A stretch of 63,938 bases of DNA, filler included, from Vezdaea acicularis (Eukaryota): assembly GCA_026025075.1 (NCBI GenBank). It is 3 parts of 3 records of this genome, joined end to end, with 100 filler letters (N's around TTAATTAATTAA, not from the genome) between each part and the next. Parts side by side here need not be neighbours in the genome. Positions count along the whole stretch, not along the records: positions 28,938 to 57,767 come from JAPEUI010000169.1; 2 more parts are not named here. One strand, given 5' to 3'. Below, one piece after another: positions 36,277 to 47,089 of this stretch (the stretch's first letter is position 1; each line of letters begins with the position of its first letter). A program made the position numbers and the translations under genes. A model generated the notes under the pieces. It ran no database searches, was not told where the DNA came from, and saw only the letters and a program-made list of their open reading frames with translations.

Positions 36277-39225
36277 TTATGATAAATCCATAGCCCCCGG
36301 GTCGTCCAAGTCCAGCCCATCGAAAATGCTATCCCCGTTTCCCACAGCACCACCAATCACATCATTGATGTTCGCATCGACTCCCACGCCCACCAGGTCG
36401 ACGTTGCTGACCATATTACCCACTTCGACCGCAGCAACATCCATGTTGACTTGGTCGATCAAAGCACTATTAGCCATTGCAAGCTGGCCATTGCCCGACT
36501 GTGCGTCCACCCTTCTACTCAGTCGAACCAGAACCTCAACTCGCAACGGATCTTGCGTGAGAGAATTCGGCGCTTCTTCCAGCTCAAGGCTCAAAGCCTG
36601 TCGTATCGTCATCCGCCCTTGACTATGGTGCCCTGCGTTCGGGGCGCAGACGAACGAGATCGCAATGTCGAGAGCTAAATCCGGGGCAGCTCCAGATTGG
36701 TATTGCTCTTTCAGCTCCGACACGAGCGTATGGAGCACAGGCTTAGCTCCAAGGATCTGCAGCGCGAGGAGGAATTGTCGGTGCGTATAAGGGGTTGGCG
36801 TCATGCTGATATTCGCGGTCGAGCTCCATAGCACAAACGACTGAAACGTGTTCCGAAGGCTCATGGCGAGGCCGCCGCCGTGCGTAGCAGTCCAAGATTC
36901 TGCTTCCGATAGTGAGGAGGCTGGGGTCCGGCTGAATGTTGCATGGGTCTGGAGGACAGCGATCAAAGCTGCCACGTCGCTGCTTAGTGATTTATGGCGT
37001 TGCATTGGTCGTAGCGCTCGTTCGAGGGGTTTTGCGATGATTGATATGATGGCGCTATGCATGGTCTGTGCTTCTCCGGATATTGATCGAGGCGTAATCA
37101 ACATCTTTATGATCTGCATGGCCGTATTCATATCATCTTGGACATCCTGAGCTTCCCAGATGAATCTTGTCATCCATATCATGGCGGTGACAAGTGAGGG
37201 AAGGAGGAACGTCTCGAGGAGGTAATCCAGCGCTCCCTTCAGCGAATCCGGCTCCATAACCTTCGCTTTACACGCGATGATGCTCTGGTGAAAGATCGTA
37301 GGGACGAGCAGATAGAATTGTTGTGGAGGGCAGGCGGACATGACTTCATCGGTGATCTCTTCGACTTCGAATAGCCCATGGATCCAAACACCAAGATGCT
37401 TTTTCTGCTCATCACTCAGAGCGTCGACTTGATAGCTTGCATAGCCTCTATTCAATAGACGGGTGATGAATGAATCGGGATTATCCACCCCGAGATCAGC
37501 TGGCGTGAGGTCGTAGCGATGAACAAAAGCGAGCAAGAGCAGTAAAATGCCACCAAATTCTTCGTATACCGGCTGGTACTCGCCTTGATCCTCTTCGTAC
37601 CGCCATTCGTCCAGCAGCCGACAGATAGGATAGAGAATTGTCTCAGCCGAATTGAACAGGAGCATAACGTCGAGTGCGGAAGGCTTACGTGCAAGCGCGA
37701 AGCATAAAGATTTCAGTGACATTGTATCCTTCAGATCGCCGGTACAGAGCTGTTGGATAACTTGCGTGACAGTATTAGCAATAGCCCCTGAGTTTCCTGT
37801 AGTATCTTCGAGCTCTCCAACCAAGCTCTCCAACTTTCCCGGCTCGACCAAACATCGATTCAGGAGTTCTTTTTCAGTGTATCGGCCCACAGATGGTAGT
37901 GTTTGCATAGGCTCTTCTCCTAGCAATTGCTCAATGCTGCTTTCAGCCACGAGGCCATGAAGACAGCAAGCAAAGAGAAAGTCCTGACGGGTATCAGGAA
38001 TTATGTTCGAGTCTGTCAAATCGAACATTGATGAAAGCGAGGGGAATGCGTCCGGGTCTACCGATTTCATGGCTTGAGAAATGCATAGCTCAGCTGTCAG
38101 TGGTGGGAACAAAGAGCCTGCTAGCACCGTTAGAATCTTCGGGACCTTATTGATCAAGAATGAGCGAAGTAGGCTGCGAGTGGCTCCAGATTCGTTGCGC
38201 TGCGTTGCATTAGTTAGAATGTCGAAAGACGCCGTTATTAGATCAACGATAGATGCAGGAACATCGCCCCTGTAGCGAGCGTTGAGGTAGTTCAGCACCA
38301 TCTGGTCGTCCATCAAGGGCTGTCCAACTAGCGCGGCATTCAGGAAGATGTATAATCCAGCCCTGGAGGTGACATACGGTCCATCAATGATGTTAAGGCT
38401 GTTGAGCCAGTTTTGGTCAAACCCATTAGCATTGATGCCTCCCAAAATGTCATGCATCCCGTTTGTTTTTATTTGACCTTCGTCAAAGACTTGGTAGTTT
38501 CGCTGAAAGTTATCAAGGCGATCACCAATCTGGTGATGTGTTTGAGAGATAAAAGGTATGTACAATGAGAGCGTCCGAGCAAAGCTCTGGCGAATCTTCT
38601 TCGGGCAAGAACCATTGAGCACAGCAATGACTTTCGGGTTCTCCGCCACCGTCACCAGAAGCATTCCAAGGGACTCTCGGATTGCAAGCGCTTCCGGACG
38701 GGGGTTTGCAGATTGCCCATCCATGCTCTGCATCATCTCGTCCGTTGCGCTCGTAGTCATCACCACGGACATCCATCTTGAAATCACGTCGATAACTTCC
38801 CAAGTTTCTACTTTGCTCTTGGGCCTACGATTAGTGGTGAACGCTTTTGATAGCCGAAGGAAGATGATCTCTTCAAGCTCTGGGGAATTGTAAGACTTGG
38901 TTACCCCATGTGCATCCTCATTTTGAAGATTGTTGACATCTGTTCTTGCAGGGGAACATCTCGATGTCTTTAAAAGTGCCCGGAGGATGTCAGGCACGTC
39001 AACGACGCCAATCTCAAGGAGCTTGATTGCGTATTGAATGACCTTTGGGTCCGCGTTAATCCCCTTTTTCCATCTTGGCTTAAGAAGCAAGCGCGCGATA
39101 TCTTGTCTTTCGGCCGGATAGCGCTGGATTAAATGGTTTGCGTAAATTGTGAACTTTTCTACCTCCAGGCGTTCAATTAAGCAACGGTCAAAAAAGGCGC
39201 TCCACTGTTTGACGTCCGCGTCCAT
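36277..39225 (-). CDS. NUT1: Mediator complex subunit Med5 (Nut1)
   Basis: 982-aa helical ORF; SRAGLYIFLNA, DLITASFDILTNA, RSFLINKVP, RQDFLFACCLHGL, WRYEEDQGEYQPVYEEFGGILLL, FLLPSLV. Confidence 0.9.
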   Translation of the reverse strand: MDADVKQWSAFFDRCLIERLEVEKFTIYANHLIQRYPAERQDIARLLLKPRWKKGINADPKVIQYAIKLLEIGVVDVPDILRALLKTSRCSPARTDVNNLQNEDAHGVTKSYNSPELEEIIFLRLSKAFTTNRRPKSKVETWEVIDVISRWMSVVMTTSATDEMMQSMDGQSANPRPEALAIRESLGMLLVTVAENPKVIAVLNGSCPKKIRQSFARTLSLYIPFISQTHHQIGDRLDNFQRNYQVFDEGQIKTNGMHDILGGINANGFDQNWLNSLNIIDGPYVTSRAGLYIFLNAALVGQPLMDDQMVLNYLNARYRGDVPASIVDLITASFDILTNATQRNESGATRSLLRSFLINKVPKILTVLAGSLFPPLTAELCISQAMKSVDPDAFPSLSSMFDLTDSNIIPDTRQDFLFACCLHGLVAESSIEQLLGEEPMQTLPSVGRYTEKELLNRCLVEPGKLESLVGELEDTTGNSGAIANTVTQVIQQLCTGDLKDTMSLKSLCFALARKPSALDVMLLFNSAETILYPICRLLDEWRYEEDQGEYQPVYEEFGGILLLLLAFVHRYDLTPADLGVDNPDSFITRLLNRGYASYQVDALSDEQKKHLGVWIHGLFEVEEITDEVMSACPPQQFYLLVPTIFHQSIIACKAKVMEPDSLKGALDYLLETFLLPSLVTAMIWMTRFIWEAQDVQDDMNTAMQIIKMLITPRSISGEAQTMHSAIISIIAKPLERALRPMQRHKSLSSDVAALIAVLQTHATFSRTPASSLSEAESWTATHGGGLAMSLRNTFQSFVLWSSTANISMTPTPYTHRQFLLALQILGAKPVLHTLVSELKEQYQSGAAPDLALDIAISFVCAPNAGHHSQGRMTIRQALSLELEEAPNSLTQDPLRVEVLVRLSRRVDAQSGNGQLAMANSALIDQVNMDVAAVEVGNMVSNVDLVGVGVDANINDVIGGAVGNGDSIFDGLDLDDPGAMDLS

Positions 39226-39861
39226 CGAATATGGTTAGAAAGGATATTGGCGGCGACTACGGCTCCTGCAAGGCTAAGTAGATTAGACAGTCATAACATA
39301 TAAAGATATAAGATTAGTAAAAAGATGCAGACAGAAAAAGGAAATCATTCTGGACTTTATTCACTTGAGAATTCCTCAAGCGTATACAGTGGAGTTCGAG
39401 CTTGATGGGAGCTCGGTCCACAGCTTAGGCGAGCTAGTTGGGGTTTTCCAACAGTCGGTAGCCAATAGACTACAGCAGGGCCTCGAGGGATTTCTAATTC
39501 TTTTAAGAGAGCTTGATTTTAAAGATATCCCCTCCTTTGCCACAAAAACCCGTGATGTATACAGTTCTACCGAAGGTATCAAAGGTATAATAGGGGAACA
39601 TCCCTGCGAAGCCACTATCGCTTCATATGCTGCAAGGCTAAAGGATGGAATGCGTTGGAACGAGAAAGCCCAATATATTCACCACCAGCAGTTGTATTCA
39701 TCACTACTATGTGCCTCCCAGCGATGATGGAGCATTAGGCCATACCCATGTTATAAGTTAACCGTGCCCTTGCCCCCTTTTGAATATCCTTTCCGGAACA
39801 TACGCCAGCAATACCATCCGTCGCATGATTGTATAATCTTTCATGTAAACCCCGAAGCACC

Positions 39862-40548
39862 TTACCTTCCGTCAGAACTTGGATCTTGCATCTCGTTCGG
39901 TGCTCGCGATCCCACCATCCAGTCCTCCATCGCTAGCCATTCGCTCCAGGTTTTCTCCGCCGCCTCAATCTCCGCGTCGACGGGACCCTGCAAGGGCCTC
40001 AGGAAAGGTACTGTCTCATGGGAAGACATGTCGTAGTCCTTCTTGACCGACGCCCAGCCCCCACTCTTCGCTGCGAAGAGATAATTTCTTCTCTCCTGCT
40101 CGTGTAGTGGACCCACACCTTTTGCCCAGTCGTCCCCAAAGAATCTAGCGGGTATTAGTGCCTTGAACGGCCGTAGAGAGGAGGTAGCAGCTTCGTACCC
40201 ATGAAGGACTCCTGGAAAGTCCATACCGGTAGCCACTAATCGCCGCAGAAACGGAATCAACGAGACAAAGGGGGTGGGTGTGCTCATGCTCGGGCCGAGC
40301 CGCTGGGACGAATTATGAGACACATAATACATGACTGGCGTGGGGGAGCTCTGGCATGGAAGAGCTATGTTGATGAAGGCGGCCACGGCGCGGACCAGCT
40401 CACTATGCTGCGCATGATCCAGGAAATAGCGCTGGCAGCTTTGGTACTGCGGATACCATTCGAAGAGATCAAATTGCGGATTCGTGGTTTGTGATGCAGC
40501 CGTTGGGCCGGAGTTCGGAAAGACTTCAGGGTTCGAAGGGAAGTCCAT
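39862..40548 (-). CDS. Conserved uncharacterised ascomycete protein (2 exons)
   Basis: FDLFEWYP.YQSCQRYFLDHAQH, VSLIPFLRRLVATG.D, HG|FFGDDW..GVGPLHEQERRNYLFAAKS, WSEWLAMEDW; 54-nt intron 40145-40198. Confidence 0.85.
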   Translation of the reverse strand: MDFPSNPEVFPNSGPTAASQTTNPQFDLFEWYPQYQSCQRYFLDHAQHSELVRAVAAFINIALPCQSSPTPVMYYVSHNSSQRLGPSMSTPTPFVSLIPFLRRLVATGMDFPGVLHGYEAATSSLRPFKALIPARFFGDDWAKGVGPLHEQERRNYLFAAKSGGWASVKKDYDMSSHETVPFLRPLQGPVDAEIEAAEKTWSEWLAMEDWMVGSRAPNEMQDPSSDGR

Positions 40549-42293
40549 TGGGACAGGGCGTCAAGGAAGAGTCGAGACCTGCGTCCAGAGCCTGTGGAAT
40601 GAGGCAAAAGCCAAGGTGACGAGGCATGATGGGCGGAAAAAGAAGGGACGGGGCGTCCGGACGAGTTCGCAGGCAGGCGTCCCTCGCTAGTCTGGACGAC
40701 GACGAGGCAGGGATCCCTCCTCTCAAGATCTGCAGCGTGGCCATGAGCCCCTTCGAATCGAGCGTAACCAGCGTGCTATTTCCGGCGGGCGTCGGCGCGA
40801 ATCCACGAGCGATGCTGAGGCTGATGAGAAGAGACGACGCGGTACGTCCACCTCTTGCGAAGGGACTGGCATCGCACACCCGTGTTTGTCGTCTGGTGCT
40901 TCCCAATGACGACAGCCGAGCGCCGAAGACGGTCGTGCCGGCCAGCTGGGGCACCGAGAGAGGGAAGATGTCGACCCACGAAATCTCGAAATGCTTTTCT
41001 GCCGGGTCCGCCGCGAGCCACGGATCCCACCCAATTACTTCCGCTCCGGCTCCGAGCTTTTCGCCTTTTCTCCGAGAACCCCACGCCTGGCTCCTCCGGC
41101 CGAACCCTGCATCGCTCTCCCACGCCCGCGAAGACCCTGCCGGTCTGGGGTGCAGATGTTGCAGCGTCGAGAAAGAAGGCAAAAAGAAAGACCGAAGTTC
41201 ATCACGCGACGCGCCATTCTTGCGGAAAAGGAATGTTGCTGTTAGCACCGACGACGATGCTCCACCTGCCAGCGAAAATTTTGCATTGGACGACGGCCGT
41301 AGTCCCATTGCATGATTTGAGAAAGCAATGCGGCTGATGGGGTACTTGTTTCCCCATCTGACTTGTGAAGTTGCCACAAACACGAAGGCAGGCGGAGGCA
41401 CCGAGTTACACGCAGTCAGTGCTTGCAACGTTTTTCCGGCCTCGACCCATATGTCTCTTCATGTTCGGTATCGAGGGACGAATGGGACGTCAGTCGAAAT
41501 GGAAGAATGCACGCGGTGAAGAGGCGCCGATCTGGCCGCAGAGCTTGAGCCTTAATTCTTAGCCTCACACTTGGCCGCGGGTCCGTCGCCAAGGGCTGCT
41601 GCGGCCTACTGCACGACTCACCAGGCGCCATCCGCGTCCCCCCCAATCACCGCATCCCGATAAGACAATTCGGGAATTGGTGACGAATTACTTCGTTCAA
41701 TCTTCTCCTTCTGCCTCCCGCCAGAGCTTGAAGTCGTCTGCACAAAAAATTTAATGGGTTGCATCTCCAGCAACGCGGTAAGCATTTCCGGCGCGTGTGC
41801 TCTGCCCCCCAGTACATACCCCTCCATGACCTGGGAGCTGGAGGCCATTTCTATTCGGAAAAGAAAACTCGGGTGATTCCGCGCGAGGGTAGATCCGATG
41901 TATCTTGACTCTATTCGGCGGAGGGGGAGAGGGAAAAAGAGAAAAAGGGAAAGAGGAGACCAGCGTCAGTGTCACGAATGCCGATCCTATGTTCTCCGAT
42001 ATGGCGTTCGATAGCTCGATCGATGCTCAACCCCACCACGAGCTTCCTCCGTAGCCCGCAGCTTGTCGTTGCTTTTGTCTTCTCCTCTTCTTCATTCTGT
42101 TCTCAGCTATAAAGGCAGAGCATTTGATCCCCTCCCTGTCTCCGGCCATCTCCTCTACTTGAGCCTGCCGTCAAATCAACAGAAAACCCACAGTTCAATC
42201 TACGTTCATCAGGCGGTTGACCTGTAAGCTCGCTCCGGCTCATCCCGACCTTCTCATCTCATATTTGCATTTACATTGAAGTCCACATTGAAA

Positions 42294-43949
<1,656 letters not shown>

Positions 43950-44261
43950 TTGCGGGCATGGGAATCGAGCGTACAGTACATGCAATATAGCGAGGCAGGA
44001 TAAATATGAAATCCGAACAACCCCCCTCCCCTTTTTCCACTGAATCCACACTTTTTCTCACAAATCTCAATCAAGGCGTTGGTGACTTTGCATGACGGCA
44101 TTTGGTGAAATCTTTATTGGACTATAAACCCAAATTTCTTCTAGCATATCCTACGTGTGAAGAAATATGAATTAGACGATGCCAGACCACCCGGACTCGA
44201 CTAGCTTGCAGCACTGTAAACGTACTCAAGTCATCTGAACAAAACCTCCTGTAATGAACGA

Positions 44262-44497
44262 TTCCCTGCTTCATCGCCAGTGCTATGATAGCCCCTGATC
44301 CCTTCCTCGCTATTCCAATCTTGACGAAACGCATGCTAAATGTGGTTCTCCAACCACCTCTATCAAATGACCGAAAACTTCCCGCTTCATCGCCAGTGCC
44401 GCGCTAACCCTAGTCTCTCCTCGCTATTCCAATCTCGACCAAAATACATGCTAAAACGTGTTTCTCCAGCTAACTCTATCAAACGACCGAAATTTCC
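44262..44497. repeat. Degenerate two-copy tandem repeat, unit ~117 bp
   Basis: Blocks gcttcatcgccagtgc, tcctcgctattccaatct, catgctaaa and ctctatcaaa.gaccgaaa recur in order from ~44262 and ~44379. Confidence 0.9.
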
Positions 44498-44650
44498 ATC
44501 CAATAGGCTACCGAGCAACGCTCACGAAGAAAAACATTCTATGGAAAGATCACTCTACCAACCAATTTCCCCAGTATAAATATACCCTCTCTTTCTCCCC
44601 CTCCACTTCCTCCACTTAGACCCAACCAGCAAACCTCCTATTTCCTCCTT

Positions 44651-45788
44651 TTAGATCCACCTAGCAACCCTCCTAAACGCTCTCGCGACCCAGGTCGCCA
44701 ACCGCCGAAAGCTCAGCATCGCAGAACCAAGCACGGTGCTCAGGAGCTGAAAGCCGACGTATGCGACGAGACAAATGAAGAGGCTCAGAAGGATGCAGGA
44801 GAGGAGGGTGGTCCATGGAAAGCTGTGGAGGGCGTGGAGGACATGTAGGGCTGCCCAGTGGCACTTCTTCGCTGTTCGCGCGGTGCGAGACTTGGCGTCT
44901 GGCGTAGGGGCGGGGGCGGGGAGGAGGTGGCCTCTGTGGCCCGCTTGGGAGTTAGATGGTGGGGTTCGTGGTGAGTAGGGGAGGTGGTGCTGGTTGTCTG
45001 AGTCTGGGGAGGCGGGGCTGCGGGAGAGAAGAGGGGTAGACTCTCCGAAGGGACTGTTTGGCTGGACTTGCGATGCGGTTAGGCTGAAGATGTGGTCCTG
45101 GAGCGCTCGCTCGTGGATGGAGATGCTGGGTCGGAGGGAAGTTGCTACGGAGATGGGATCGGGGGTTGTCGGCTTATCAATCGCTTCCTCCGCCTCTTTC
45201 AGGGTAGGTCTGCTGCCCTGCGAAGGCTGACCGAGACGGTAAATATCGATAGCATGGGATTGACAGATTTGCCGAAGACGTTGCATCGACTTCCTCGTCA
45301 GGCGATACGTTTTTGCCTCGTGCTCTTGATCGTATGGGCGCAGCATGGAGATATGGAGCTTTTCTGGACTCTCTACTCTTACCCACGAGTCTTTGCGAAG
45401 TAGGCAGGATTTGTGGTCCAGGTGGAGGTCCCCTGTGTCGTCGCGTCTGATGCTAACACGCCTACTCCATTGACATAGTAAGTCGAAGGGATCCTGCTCG
45501 CGGATATCCCTACTCGTTAGCTAGGCAGAATACATGTCAGCTTCTGATATCTTGATAGCTAAAAAACTCTAGGAAACATAGACTTACGGTGAAAACGTAC
45601 ACAGCATCTGCTTTAGGGTTGGGGAGAACTAGTACAGGATGGCCGAAATACGCTTTTTCTTTATTTTGAAGACCATAAGCTATCAGAAGCTCAGGGTCAA
45701 TCCGGTTCTTCTTCTTGACCCAAAGAATGCAGCGTGCCTCTAAGTCGGCCTCCGTCAATGCAGCACCCGTATCGTATTGACTTGTCAT
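44651..45788 (-). CDS. Hypothetical 356-aa protein: N-terminal domain with PemK/MazF-like motif spacing, disordered linker, C-terminal TM helix (2 exons)
   Basis: Exon 1 45788-45588, intron gtaagt..tag, exon 2 45520-44651 in frame and stop-free; GHPVLVL...VYVFTLTS...LRKDSWVRV; hydrophobic LLSCILLSLFICLVAYVGFQLL. Confidence 0.75.
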
Positions 45789-47089
45789 TGGTGAGGATTA
45801 TAAGCACATTAAGAAGGACAGAAAGAGCTGAGTCTTGCCAAGTGCAAGATCTCTACCGCGCAAGAGTCGAGAGCGAAGCCAGAGCATTTAAAGGCTCTGC
45901 AAACCAGCCCTTCAAGCATGGCGAGCTCAAAGGATGTCGCTGGTCTACCCACACCCAGCCTTGGTTCATGCATGTTTCCGTGTAACGCATGGTAAAGAGC
46001 CCGTGATCCAAACGTCCAGATCTTTCAACCAATGGCTCTCGATCAATTTCATCGCCCACATCGCTTGTCGGGTCGAGGTAGGCGTCGCTCCGCCTTGCTC
46101 CTTCAATGGGAGGGCTTCCTACCCGTCGATTAAGCGCCGACCGCGACGACCGCCCATTCACTGACGAAGACTGTGGCTTGGCACAAGGCCATTGCAAGGC
46201 TCACCGAGTAGGTCCGAGACAACAGAGCAAAAGTACAAGGCAACAGCCATCGCAAAGGCCAAATGGATGGAATTGTAACGGATAAATAGCAGAGTCGAAG
46301 GATTCTGCATGGCCTCAGGACTTCCAAGGAGAATTTCATGGATGACTGGGTTGAGTGGGCAGAAAGTAGTAGAGCCGCCGGATGAAGGCCTCGATTGTTC
46401 GTCTCATGCTGCTCTCATCATCCTTTGCTATGTCCTATGGCTGTGGCTTTAATGATGTCGAGGCTCAGGCAAGGTCAATGCTGTTGCCAGACGCTGAGGC
46501 CGCCGTTTGTCCATTGGGTTTAAACAGGCGAGGCCCACAACACCGGGTTCTCAATGACCGAGTCCAAGCGAAAGGTGCCTTGAGATCATCTCCCCGCTTT
46601 CTGCGCGCGCAGCCCTCCATAGCATTCGCACCCACCGAACCCTTCCCTCGGCCCACCCTCGGTATTGTAGCGGGGGTTTCCCAAGGCGGTCGGCCCACGG
46701 GACGCCGAACTACAGGGCTCAGGGCTTGCACTAACCAATATACCTTACGTCGGCGACGCCACAGACCCGTTGCTTTGCCCAATGGATCGATCGTTGCTTC
46801 GACGCCGAATTACCGCCGGCCTCCCCACTATACGGGACTGTGGGGTTAGACCGTCATTACGCACCCTTGGCCAGTCCCAACGACTTGGTCAGCTTTGGCC
46901 ACACGGAAACTCCACATCTTCAACATCAGTCTGGAAGAAGGATGTCCTCTTCTCATCGATGTAATACACGCCGCCGCCCCCCTCATCACCTTCGATAGCG
47001 CTTTGCGCTCTACACGCGCGCTGCCATTGATGGTATTCCCTTGTGCGTGCCTCTCCGCGTGAGGTACGCTTCCACACCAAAAGACCGTA

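Noticed and set aside
39365..39727. 120-aa ORF upstream of MED5
   Set aside because: TTG start, no motif; more simply MED5 promoter/leader sequence.
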